This document shows, piece after piece, positions 52,091 to 64,000 of a stretch of DNA of 64,000 bases (positions are counted from its first letter, which is position 1; every line of letters begins with the position of its first letter). A program made the translations under genes and the position numbers. This DNA comes from Camelus ferus (taxonomy: Eukaryota): positions 33,668,001 to 33,732,000 of the forward strand of contig NC_045697.1 of NCBI RefSeq assembly GCF_009834535.1. The letters run 5' to 3'. The notes beneath the pieces were generated by a model, which made no database searches, was not told where the DNA came from, and was given only the letters and a program-made list of their open reading frames with translations.

Positions 52091-54630
52091 CTGATCCTCT
52101 CTCTCTAGATCAGAATCCTGGAACATCCTAAAATCTCAGCTGTGAATTCTGTTCTAATATAGTTGATTGAATACAAAAATGGCACTGATCTGTCCTCCCT
52201 CTCTGTGTTAATGCCCTTTGTGCCACTGAGGCTTTGTAGCTGTTTGTTACACAGCATTATTGTGGCACTAGATGACGAAGATAAACCAGTTGAACCAAGG
52301 GTCCTAACAAGAGCTACTGCCACACCTCTTGTGAGGGGAAGTTTCTCAGACATTCTGGGATAATTAGAGGGGGAGTCTGTCAAGATTTCAAGACCATTAG
52401 GGGGCCCTGTTGCCTAACTCCATACACTAGCTAAAGGCCCAAGATATTTTGCCCTTTATAATCCCATTCTTAAAGAATAACAATACCTTAAAACTAGAAG
52501 AGCTTCTAGTGATCACCTTAGTCCAGTTCCTCATTTTACAGTCAAGGAAGATAACAGCAGAAAGGTCATAACTGGAGGAAAGTCAAACAGTGAGTTACTC
52601 ATTGAATGTTCTGCCACATTGTTCAACTTCCGGGTGCACAGATGTGAAGGAGGCATTAAAGAACTCAATAAACTATGTCTATCTGTGTTAGTTATGTGTT
52701 TGTAATAGTCAAGGATGTTCTTTAAAAATTTTTCCAAGACTTATAAATTGAAAAGGAGTACAGCATGGTTCCTCCAATGTCTTTGTGGAGCATTGTTCAA
52801 AAAGGATTATTAATTCTCTAGGGGAATTTGAGTTTACTTGAGTTTGATTTTGCTGTTTAACATTGGATTTGACACCCCCCCCAATAAATTGTGATGTCAC
52901 ATATTAACTTATGGATTCCTTTTCAGTAGAAAAGAGCACCAAAGATGATGGTTTTTGTTGCCCTGAAGGATATTAACTACTTCTATCTAATCTTGCAACC
53001 TTATCCTAGTATTTTTTTTTATTTTAATGGCTACTTATATGCATTCCTCAAAAAAATTCTGAGCCAGTTTAGTAGTTAAGTGGTTCTCCCTTAATTTATG
53101 AGTTGGACAAAACTTGGACAAAGGTTCATTCCATATTTGTATGAGTCATGTTTTCAATGGTTTGAAATGATATTCTAACAACATCTATTATTAGAGAAGT
53201 AATAAAATATCCAAGAAATGTAAACAAATACTTGAAGAAAATGCCCAGAAGAAAGAGTGATAGGACCAAGTCAAAGAGACAGGATCAGTCTAAGGTGACT
53301 GGAAAAAAAGAATCAGTGAAACAAGAGACTTTATGAAAATGGAAGGAGCAGTACATAGTGTGCTACTAGGCTTAGCATCTGAAAATAAAGATCAAATGTT
53401 TTATTCCTAGGGTATAAAATTATCTTATTAATCATTGTAGGCTAATGCACACAGCAGGCACCTACTTCATTTTTTAATAAATTTCACTGAAATGGATATA
53501 ATACAGAGTCAAGATTCTTTTTCAAATGCAAGAGGAAGTGTCAGAAACTTTCTATCTGACCTTCAGGTGACTATTTCTTTATAAGGCATAGTTCAAGAAT
53601 ATTGCCCATAGCGCCTAAGGTGTAGAAGTCATTTTGACTCAGTCCCCAGTCTGACTAAAAGCCTAAGAAGTCTCAAGACTCTAAATATCAGAACCTATAT
53701 AAAGGAAAGCAGAATTAGACTGATTTGAGGCTTACATCTTTGCTGTCTGCCAAGCAGCCAAATGATACTCAAGTTATTTTGTACTGAGGGCTCAAGGTCT
53801 GCTATGTAAAAAGTAGTTGTCATTTTCCATGATGACAAACAATAAAAAGATTGAGAAACCCGCTGACCTCCGTGGCACAGGACTCACTAGGAATAATATT
53901 TACACAGCCTTCAAGTTTTGGAACAACTAATGTGTCAGTGAGAGTGGCGTCGTGTTTCATACAGAGTGTTGAGTGGTTCCATCAGTATTCAGCAGACACA
54001 CAGTGGTTACAAATGAGAAAAGCACCTAAGCTTCATTTGAATTTTAAGAAATGATTCAGTTTGGAATCATTTTGTCATTAGTCACAATAGCCCGCAGCAA
54101 GGAAACTGGTGGGTTAGAGATGGGAGGTGGCAGATTCAAACATCACCAACAAATTAAAGCAGCAACAGGCAAACAGGAGCAAATCCAAGCAATTCATCAA
54201 TCATGACTGTGATCTGACACCATTTCTAAAGAAGTATTATCCACTGCAGAACGAGAACTCATCTCAACGTGTTACTCTAGCAGCAGTGAGATAAGTGACT
54301 ACAGCAAGGTTTGCAGAATGCAAGCGGCATTCACATTGCTTGCTTGAGAAGCTAATGAAGTTTAACAAAATACAATTTAACTCTTCTAAATTAAAAACAA
54401 ACAAGGCTAATAATGAACAGGTTTATCTTCTAGAATATCAATGAATCACATTACAAAAAAAATTAAAAAGCCAATAATTCAAAGATACTTATTCAAGGCC
54501 CTTCCGACAGGGCTTTGGGGGCTAGCCACACATCTTATTTAATAAGGAAACAACCCCGGCAGAGCAGCTGAAACTAAACCCCAAGGTAATGAGTTACTGA
54601 GGACTATCAGTAGTGTTTTTAAAAAATCCT

Positions 54631-54680
54631 ACCACATAGAAATGAAAAACATCCCACCACATAGAAATGAAAAACATCCC
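54631..54680. repeat. Perfect 25-bp tandem duplication
   Basis: ACCACATAGAAATGAAAAACATCCC at 54631-54655 and 54656-54680. Confidence 0.95.
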
Positions 54681-55294
54681 CTACAAACATGCTAAATATT
54701 TCATATTGTTACCAGGGGATTCTATGACACATTGAACAACAAAATGTAGAAATGAAAATGTTGAGTTCTCTATTTATTGTATTTCATTTCCCCCCAATGT
54801 TAGCATTTAATTCAATGTTTGTATTTCCATAAGCCATTGAAATATTACTTTTAATATCAGGCACTGGGATAAGAAATTTTTGTCTTCAATCTGGAATTAC
54901 CAGAGAACAAGACCTTTCAGAATTTATTCATCTTGTCTTTACATATATAGAAGCTGAAAGTTTAAAAGAGTAGGGTTTCGTGAAGATACACGATTTTGTG
55001 GTTAGCTTTGTTTCATGGTGATTGCTAGGGTTTCCTTTCACTTGTCCATGCTTTGTATATTAAATATACGGCTCCAGGAGAGGAGATCTCTTTGTTGAAG
55101 ACTCTACCAGTCAGAGCAGAAGTTCTCAACTTGATCAAGTGGGCTTGGACTTGACCAGAACACTACATGGAATTGCTCCAGGTGCTGTGTTTACCAGTGC
55201 TACCAAAATAACGCTGGAGAGGGCAGAGGACAAAGTGCACTCCACTCACTGTCTCCAAATGCAGACACTAAGCTGGAAGAATCTTCTCTCGCTC

Positions 55295-55665
55295 CATAAT
55301 GAAAAGTAGCATTACAATCACTCTAAGTGTTTATGAGAATAACCTGGGAGCTAGATAAAAATTCAGCCTCAGGCTCTATTTGCAGAAAGTCATATGTATT
55401 AGTTCTGCTGTTGCTAGTCATCAGGGATCAGAAATTGGGAAACACTGGCTAAAGAGTTAGGATTGCAGGCCATCAAATCACACAGACCTGGACTCAGATA
55501 CTCAATTTGCTATTAACTAGATGTGAGATATTTGGCAAGTTTTTTAACCCCTTGAAACCTCAAAGTCCTTGCTATACAGGAGTAACAATAGTACCTCTTC
55601 ATAATCCATAAAAAATAACACATGTCATGCAATGTCCAACACATAGTGGGCATGAAATGAATATT
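55295..55665. mobile_element. MER5-like hAT fragment followed by a MIR
   Basis: gaataacctgggagcta...gaaattgggaaacactg (MER5-like), then gacctggactcagatactc...actagatgtgagatatttggcaagttt (MIR). Confidence 0.55.
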
Positions 55666-56660
55666 ATATAGAAATAATCCAGAAAGCAGATAACAGGATT
55701 CTGCCTCAGAAATAAAAAGGTGTATTCCTCATGAATAAATAATTACACAAAATAAGATTTTAAAATATTTTTTCTATGTTTCTCTAAAGATAAGGCCACC
55801 ATTTTTAATAATCAGAAAGGTAGAGGACCACTGAAGCAAAGGACAGTCTGTGGTGAAGTCAAACATGAAAAGGATGTTGCTGGCTAAAATAAGAAATAAA
55901 TACGAGAAAACACACAATGCAATAGTAGAATTAAAATTCATCTTAGGCACAGTAAAGGTAAGCCTTAACATTAGAATAAATGGTGTAAAACAAATATTAA
56001 AAGCTCGTCTAAGAAAAATGAGCACCAGCACTTTCACTGAGTGGTTCTTTTACACCTGGCACTCAGCTAACCAACCAGCTTTTAACCAACCAGCTACCCC
56101 AACTATAGGTCATACTCCTTGGAGGAAAAAAAACTACTGCCACAAGTATTTCAATGTCCAGAAGAAATGTGGGTTATATAAAAAGGGTATCTCATGGATT
56201 ATCATATCAGATCACCGATCTCTCTCTCTCTCTCTCTGGAACATTCCAACCATCAGGGAAGTCTAGAAACTGGTAAATCAGGAGAACAGCAAAGACTGGA
56301 GTAATCCAAGACTGCTGTAATCCAACCTACAGGATGATATCCACACCTCATTATGCTATGAAACGACATGCCCAGAACATTGGCACGATTAGAACTTTGA
56401 CAACCCAGTCTGGCTGGCCCACTTTCTAAATATGATGGGACATTAAGAAGAATCATATCTGAGGATATATTGGTCTGGTATTCCAGTATCACTTGTTTTC
56501 TTTTATCTCTTATTTCAAACATAGTAGTCAAAAGGGTTTTCTTCCACATTTCCATTGAAAATAGGAAATGGGTCAATGATGGCTACCAGACTGGGGACAG
56601 TAGAAAGAAACAAATGTCAAAGAAGGTAAAAAAGTGAACCATTAAGAGGTTTTTAATCAT

Positions 56661-57024
56661 TGCTATGGACTGAATTTTGTCCCCTCAAAATTCATAAGGC
56701 GAAGTGCTAACCCCTCAAGGGATTATATAGGAGATAAGATCTTTAAGGAAGTGATTAAATGAGGTCCTAAGAATAGAACCCTGGTCAGATAGAACTGATG
56801 TCCTTATGAAGAGGAAGAGACACCAGAGAGCTCTTTCTGTGTCATATGAGGACACAAAAAGAAGGCAATAGTCCGCAGGCCAGGAAGAGCACTCTCACCA
56901 GAAACCAAACCTGCCAGAACCTTGATCTTGGATTTTCTAGCCTTTAGAATGATGAGAAATTAATTTATATTGTTTAAACCATCCAATCTGTTATTTGGCT
57001 ATGGCAGCCTGAAAAGACTAAGAC
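56661..57024 (+). mobile_element. MaLR solo LTR (MLT1A/B-like)
   Basis: tgctatggactgaattttgtcccctcaaaattcata ... ccttgatcttggattttctagcctttagaa ... gactaagaca. Confidence 0.88.
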
Positions 57025-57292
57025 AATCATTTAACTTTAATAAATGTAACTTTAAGACATATGTATCTTAAAATTTTTAAATAGTGAATGCTAATCTTCT
57101 CATAGAGAAAAAAATAAAACAAAACCTAAACAAACGTGCAGCTCTCTCATAGCAGATCTATTCTTTGTTTATAGTCTGTTCTGTCTTCTCCATTGAGTAT
57201 CCTTTTCTGATAACCGCAAATCCTAGGGAGACTTAAGATACTAGACAGGAAGAGAACTTGAGATGCTTTTGACAGGAATTAAGCATTGATTT

Positions 57293-57449
57293 GATTTCTT
57301 TTTTTTTATTGGATTAAAGTTGATTCACAATGTTGTGTTAGTCTCTGGTGTATAGCATAGTGATTCAGTTATACATATATATATTCTTTTTCATTATAGG
57401 TTATTACAAGAATATAGTTCCCTGTGCTATACAGTAGGACCTTGTTCAC
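57293..57449 (-). mobile_element. Short LINE-1 3' insertion
   Basis: Poly-T followed by L1 terminal motifs. 12-bp direct repeat AAGCATTGATTT at 57281-57292 and 57450-57461. Confidence 0.85.
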
Positions 57450-57511
57450 AAGCATTGATTTCTTTGTAATATTTTTAGTTGTTCTCGATAAATGAAAATA
57501 CTTCTGTATAT

Positions 57512-57526
57512 CCAGCAGGGGGCATC
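57512..57526 (+). promoter_or_regulatory. Candidate CTCF-binding site
   Basis: CCAGCAGGGGGCATC closely matches the CTCF core consensus and sits in an AT-rich background. Confidence 0.6.
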
Positions 57527-58564
57527 GACATCCTCTTTCTAAACAGTTTAAGTTGCCTAGATATGAGTACTCCAGGATACCTCGAGTTCCTTTCAGCTTT
57601 TCCTCACCCGAATAAGAGGACTTCAGTTACCAAGGAGGTTTATTTAACTTTTTAAATTTGGACTTAACTCCAGATCCTTCTTTAACTACCCAATATTTTT
57701 CCTTAAATATTTTTGCCTCCCTTCAGATTATGACTTTTAATGTGAGAGTGTGTATACATGTGCTGTGGACTTCAGAGCATACACTGGTTTAAATATTGGG
57801 AAGATGTCATTAATAACAATTTATAACTTTTTTCACATTTTATATTAAGAATCTTTTTTAAATCTTTAAGAGTAGGGTTAATATATGTAAATACCTATTA
57901 AAATATTGCAAATCTTAATACATTTTTCAATTCTTAACTCAAGTATCTAAAAAAATTCATTTTTTAGCAACCAAATTATCCTATAGAAATGATTTGTTTT
58001 AGCCTTAAAATATTCAGAAAGTTATATTTGAACTTAGAAAACATTTGGACAATGCTTTTTTCTTAATATAGACTTGATATGATTTGATCATAATGAAACT
58101 GTGCTATAATAAAAAGCCATCCAGAAAAATTCAGATTCCTGCCAACCCTAAAGGAGGCTGGCATAGCAAGTAGTCTGAGTCACAGTTTTCTCTGCATCAG
58201 CAAAGGCAATGGGGGCACTGTCAAAAAAGGAATAATTTGTCAAGACCAGATCTTCAGTCTACTTTTGCTTGGGGGGAAATTCCAAAGCTCAAGAATTATC
58301 AGCCAAGTCACTTTGTAAAATCATAGCTATGCAGCATAAGGAAGCCTTTGATGACTCAAGAACTTTACCTAAAGCAGACTGAATTTCTTTGGAATAGTAG
58401 ATAATGTTTGCCTATTGAATCTAAACATTTATAATGGCTTTAATAGATTTATATTTTAGGAAAAAAAGGCTCACGTCCCATGTTTCGTCTCTCGTCAGAA
58501 GTGAGTAATGGAAGACCTATGATTAAGTTAATAAGCAATCAAGGACTTATTAAAGGCATTGATT

Positions 58565-58930
58565 CACCCATTTCATTCACTCATTCAATAAATATGTATT
58601 GAGTATCCAGTTTTTCATGTTATTTTGTTGGGCAGTGGGCGTACAGAGGTGAAAAAATACAATCCATGCAACTTCTACCAGGAATTATTTAAAAGTTATA
58701 ATAATCAATAAATGCTATCAAGGAAAAAATTTTAAATTAGGGAGTGTATTGTTTAGCCTGATTGCTGGGAATGCCTCTTAGTGAAAGTGACACATAAGCT
58801 GAAATTTTAGGGACAAGTAAGTCTCAACCAGGAGAAAGGGGGACTGTAGGAGAAAGGAACCAAGTGCCTGGTGGTAGTGGGAATAACTTACAAAGATTTC
58901 TCTCAATGGTATAAGAATAAAGAAGGTCAA
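58565..58930 (-). mobile_element. LINE-2 3' fragment
   Basis: catttcattcactcattcaataaatatgtattgagtatc tail signature. Confidence 0.6.
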
Positions 58931-59119
58931 TTTCCTTGTCAATTAAAATCTGAGATCCCTTGAGGATGCTCTAAAATCTTCCTTTTCTTACTCTTATATT
59001 CTTTCAAAATGGACAATTAAGGCAATGCTTCACATTAAGGGGCTACTCAAACATAAGTGATGTCTGATACTAGCACTTGCCAGACAGAAATGTTGAATCT
59101 TTATCAATTTGTCTACAAT

Positions 59120-59335
59120 GTATTCAGCACTTACTATAGACCAAGCACTATACTAAATTGTTTTCACAAATAACCTCACACATTTCCGACAGCCACCCAA
59201 GAGATAGCATTAATATTCTCATTTTTCCCAATAAGGACACTAAAACCAAAAGTTGGGTACTTCTCCTAAGGTCAGACAATTAAAGTGGGTTACAGTCAGG
59301 GTTTGAATCCCAAACCAACAATTCTGACCACTTCA
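59120..59335 (-). mobile_element. MIR SINE
   Basis: agcacttactatagaccaagcacta ... ctcatttttcccaataaggacac ... cagggtttgaatcccaa. Confidence 0.65.
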
Positions 59336-61069
59336 GGAAGCTGCTTACAACAGCAAATATGGTAATTTGCTATGTTAAAAAAATCTACCTTAATGGAACT
59401 GAAATAAATTAGCAAAGAATTTACCTGAAATGTGTCCACACAACCCGAACCAGGTTAAGTGACATAAACAGCTTGGTTTTCCAGATTTGGACTTCAGTTA
59501 CATTTATTTAGTTTCTATTACAAGCTAAATGCTGTGCTGCTCTTTGATTCACATTATCTCACACACATAAAATCTTCCTCTGATGAATCCCTCCTTTCCA
59601 GTATATGTAAAAACTGTTGTAGAGTTTTTATGAATTGTTCTTGCTCCTGTTCTCCCTAATATTCGTCCTACTTCTTTGGTGCTTAGTTGTCATAACGTGC
59701 TTTGGATATTACTTTGTATCCCATAAATCTTCTTATCATACATGCATGCCTAAATAAATAGATATTTATAAATAGGTCCCCAGTTAGATAATTTATTTTA
59801 CATACAATTTTATCTTAACAACAAATGCAATCTAGCTGAGCAAAGTTTCTTGTTTAATTGAAGTAAACACCTCTGTTAGTGGTTTGAAAAAATGAATCAG
59901 CATTACCACTCAAAATCTGCATCTTCTATATGATAGATTATTTTTATGATGTTCTTCTGCAAGAGGAAAGCTGTGCTCCAACTATCTTCCACAGACTCTC
60001 CCTTAAGCTTGAATACAGAATTTTCAAAAGAGGTTTAAAAAATTACTACTCAAATATGCGGTAAAACTGAAACATCCGCTCTGCCCTGCTCCCTCCGGCT
60101 GCCGCCCGGATGCATAGGACACTGCAATTTCAACCTTAATTGTAACCCAGGGAGGTTACCAACATAAGCAGTAGCTCTAGTTTCTGACTTGAAAATGATT
60201 CTTCAAACATGTAATTATCTACAGATAATTAAAGTTAATGAAGTTCAGTAATGCATGTGCCAAATTATGGATAAGTAAATGTGTGTACATACGTGTATGC
60301 AGCAGAAAAGGACTCATTAAGCACCTATTGGGCATGCTCTTTTATTTTAAAAATCAATCCTGTTCCCTAGTCTTTACGAATGGAAGCACAGTCAATTGGT
60401 CATAAAGCATATGTTGGATTATCCTGTTAACACAATTCATTACAAATCTCTATCTATAGTAAAACAGCACATTAAGTCAGCAGAACAAATTGAGGTTCCA
60501 CCCTGACACCAGTCGTCACAAGACAGCCCTCCAAATAGCAGAAGCCATTTTTGATCTTCTCCAGGAAATAATTTGACTTGTCCTGAGGAGTAAGTGTCAT
60601 GTTCTCAGCTATAGTTCCCAATGTGGCATTAGCAAAACCATTCAACACTTAACAAGGCTCTCATGCTGAAACAGCTGTTCATCCACAGTGAAAATTTAAA
60701 AATTTTCTCCAAGCCTAGATAATCTTGCTTGAGCTAGAAAATAAGGTATTAGACTATTTTGCATGTTCTACCACTTTGTGACAAGAAAGCCAATTTTGCA
60801 CTTCAGTAAAGGCAGACTGCAAATTTAGCAGGACTTAAACCAGTAGCCGAGTTGCAATTTATGGCAAATGGCTCATCAGTACATTAATATATACCACCAA
60901 CATAACCACTGCAGCCAAGGATGCCAGGAACTAGAAGGCACAGGTATCTGGTAGACAGCAAGGGAAATGTGCCCTCTATAGACATCTATAAAACAAACCC
61001 TAAAACCAAAAGCTACCAAACATCTGTCTTCATTATCACTTTTATTGGCAGTGTATTGGTAGTTAAAAA

Positions 61070-61302
61070 CCAATGTCAGAACCCCAGGCTTTAAAATCAG
61101 GTCGATTCAAGTTTTGAACTCTGCTAAATAATAGCTGTGTGACCTTGGGGATGTTATTTAGCCTCTCTGTGCTACATATTTCTCCTGGGTAAAATAGGGA
61201 TAATAACAATACTTAGAGTTATTGATGGAGTAATACTCATAAAGGGCTTAACGCATTACCTGGAGTACAGTAAGCAAACAATACTTGTTAAATATTGTTA
61301 TT
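61070..61302 (+). mobile_element. MIR SINE
   Basis: tagctgtgtgaccttggggatgttatttagcctctctgtgc ... gtaaaatagggataataac is the MIR core. Confidence 0.85.
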
Positions 61303-61414
61303 CATATTCTAAGACAAAAATGTAGCTGTCTCTGTGAGGTAAAATATTATAATAGAAATTACCATTATTTCTATACTCTGATATTTATCATATTTTTTCT
61401 TTTTAATTACCATA

Positions 61415-61632
61415 TACTTTATTTATTTATTCATTTTTATTGAAATATAGTGAAGTTACAATATGTTAATTTCTGGTGTACAGCACAGTAATTCAGTTTT
61501 ATGTACATATATATATATAGTCCTTTTCATATTCCTTTTCATTATAGGCTATTATAAGGTATTAAATATTGTTCCCTGAGCTGTACAGTAGGAACTTGTT
61601 TTTTATATACTTTATATATAGTAGTTAGTATC
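61415..61632 (-). mobile_element. LINE-1 3' terminus
   Basis: (TTTA)n tail, then ttgaaatatagtgaagttacaatatgttaatttctggtgtacagc. Confidence 0.8.
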
Positions 61633-61984
61633 AACATATTTTTTTGACAGAACTAAATGTTAAATGAATACTGTAACTATCTACCTCAGAAAATATTGGA
61701 AACATATGGGAACGCTGTATTCTGTACTCTCTTCAAAATTCATCTTATTTCCTATTCCTAAGTGAAGATAATCAGCTCCATTCCTTGGAGCAATGCTAAG
61801 AACTAGCTAAAACCCAACTTGCCCAGATCTTCCAATTGTAGGAAGAAATAATTAAGAGTTGCCATTTAAAAGGTTTCCTTCTGGGCTGAAGGATGTTTGA
61901 AGAGAGCATAAAGTCAACAGTCCTATGGATATTGTTCTATTTAATAATATTAGCAATTTAAAAAAATACTTGCACTCTCTCAAC

Positions 61985-63255
61985 ATATATTAAAATTTCT
62001 ATCATATTACAAAGAAGCAAATGCAAACATAAAATCCCACAACTCCTTAACCTTTGACCCCTTCCAGCTACTGCCCTATCAGTTCAGGGGAAAACTGTCT
62101 ACACTTAGTGTTTCCACTTCCTGACCCATCATGTACTCTTCAACCCAATGTTATTTTATCTCCCTTCCCGTCTTTCCTTGAAACTCTTTGTGGATTAATC
62201 TGGTGGGCACTTTTTGACATCTGTGCCTCATGTACTGTCTTGGCAACATCTAACACTGCTGATCACTTCTTCCTTCTTTAAATTGGCCCTTTAAATTCCA
62301 CAATCTAGTCATGTTCCCCTTACCTTTCTCAGTCTCCAGTGTGGGATGCTCTTCCTCTACCCGATCCTAAAATATAACCTTTCCATAGGGTTCCACTCTC
62401 AGACATCTCTGTTTTCTCAATCTTCAGGTAAATAAACTTGTCCAGTGGCTTGGATCCCCATTTTTATATCAATGTCTGTTTCCCAAGTTCTTCTCCAACC
62501 TGAAGACCCCTATATCCAGCAGGACATGTAGTAGGGGCATACCAAACTTTCAATTTGTTCATTCATGTATCCACTCATTAATTCATTCGATTAGTCAACA
62601 AATATTTACTGGGTACCTATTTATTTGTCAGGCACAGTTCTTGGCTCTGGTGATACAGAAGTAGGGGCAAAGCCCCAGTTTTTTTTTTTTTTTTTTTTTA
62701 TCATTATAGGAACCCTTTTGACTAAAGTCAAATCTATGTACAAACTTAATCATATCCAATGAATTCAGCATATTTACTCAAACAAACATAACCCTCCTGC
62801 TGTATTCTAGATCTTAGAGACTAGCACACTATCCAGGTAGCTTTGCAAGCCAGAAAACTTCAAAGACCCTTTCCTCCTTCTTCCCTATTCTTTTCCATCC
62901 AACTTCCTCAATAATTTTTCTAATCTGTCTATTCTTCTTCCAAGCCATTGGACAGGCACTCAGTATTTCTCATTTAGTTACTGCACAGGCTATTAAAGTT
63001 CTCAGACCTAACATCCTTATGAACCTCCCTTCTCTCTACTCTCCACTAAAATAACATTTACACACTGTAACACCCATCATGCCACTTCCTTATTTAAATG
63101 CTTTTGGTTGGCACTCTATTGTTTTCCTGAAACACACACACACACACACACACATATTTATATGACAGTAACATTCTACATGATCTGTGTCCTGCTTCCC
63201 AGTCCAGCTACATCTCCCTTTTATTCCCCAATCCTCCTCTTAACCACTCCAGGTG
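61985..63255. mobile_element. Cluster of LINE-2 fragments in both orientations
   Basis: tgatcacttcttccttctt and other pyrimidine-rich L2 motifs; inverted L2 tail (ttcattcat...caacaaatatttactgggtaccta) at ~62555-62670. Confidence 0.55.
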
Positions 63256-63261
63256 CCCTAG

Positions 63262-63720
63262 TGTAACATATGCTATGGATGCCTGGTCTGCATGCATGTG
63301 GTTTACCCTGGTCATCACTCCAGACAGGCTGATGGCTTTCCCACCTTTCTCTCCCTAAGGACTGTTAGGTCTACAGGAGTTTGACTGCAGTGGGAGAGAG
63401 GGTCTGACCAGAAGTAGAAGAAAGTTTACATCCCTGAACAAACCTAATCAACAAGAGATAAGAGCTAAAAAAATAAGTACCTCGACTTCTCTGCCACCCA
63501 GGGGGCAGTTCTGAGGTGTGTTCCACACATATTCGGGGACAGCCTCTGGCATGAAGATCACAGAGTGGTAAATCTGCTCCTGAGTCATACTTTACTGAAT
63601 TTTCTGCCTTTCCATCTCACTTTTCTCACCGTGCTTCTTGGGATCACCTCAAATATAAATTGCTTGCACACCAATCCTTGCAACAGAGTCTGCTTTGGGG
63701 GAAACCCAGTTAAAAAACCT
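63262..63720 (+). mobile_element. ERVL solo LTR (LTR16-like)
   Basis: 3' signature cttgggatcacctc...ataaattgcttgcacaccaatccttg...gtctgctttgggggaaacccag. Confidence 0.7.
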
Positions 63721-64000
63721 GGATTCTAGCCAGGATGTCTTCATTTAGTTCTACAAGGGTGAGCTGTTTTGTCTTGCTTCTGGGTCTTTGCACATCTTCT
63801 TCTCACTGCCTTTCCTCCGACTTCTTTGCCTTATTTCTATGTTTTCTGAGACGGTACTCAGCCACCTAAGGAGTTTAACCTGACACCTCCACCACCCTCA
63901 TCAGGGACTCCCACCACAGAGACACTAATCTGGACTGTGACATCTTCACACAGCAGCCTATGCTTCTTCCTAGCTTCATATGCAGCCCCCTGGGTGAGTG

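Larger units (their letters stand above)
49420..64000 (-). other. GABRA4: GABRA4 intron preceding the last coding exon (continues beyond the window)
   Basis: Lies upstream of the acceptor at 49420. No sequence encoding the TM2/TM3 exon was recognised in the window. Confidence 0.85.

Noticed and set aside
55774..56576. Overlapping 87-138 aa ORFs, possible processed pseudogene
   Set aside because: No recognisable protein similarity, polyA tail or TSD; a BLASTx search would settle it.

Overview
Mammalian, AT-rich, repeat-dense genomic DNA, most likely from a camelid, because it carries a Vic-1-type tRNA-derived SINE at 9572-9703. The only host coding sequence I can support is the terminal coding exon of GABRA4 (GABA-A receptor alpha-4; minus strand, 49419-48889). 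Its upstream intron fills 49420-64000 and a probably multi-kb 3'UTR runs leftwards. A small CpG-rich promoter with a minus-strand splice donor at ~29500-29820 is, by known GABRA4-COX7B2 gene order, the likely non-coding first exon of testis-expressed COX7B2, which would make 1-29520 COX7B2 intron. The rest is mostly transposon fossils. Two stand out. The first is a nested structure at 12799-20753: a MER34/MER39-like LTR split by a two-LTR, tRNA-Arg-primed, apparently non-autonomous ERV, itself hit by two L1s and a young solo LTR. The second is a near-full-length hAT/Blackjack-like transposon (30425-33585) with readable transposase motifs, into which MER2 and a Tigger1 deletion derivative inserted side by side. 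Nearly all ORFs in the supplied track are spurious or repeat-derived. I found no convincing novel biological system. Repeat family names come from recalled consensus sequences, not from a search.
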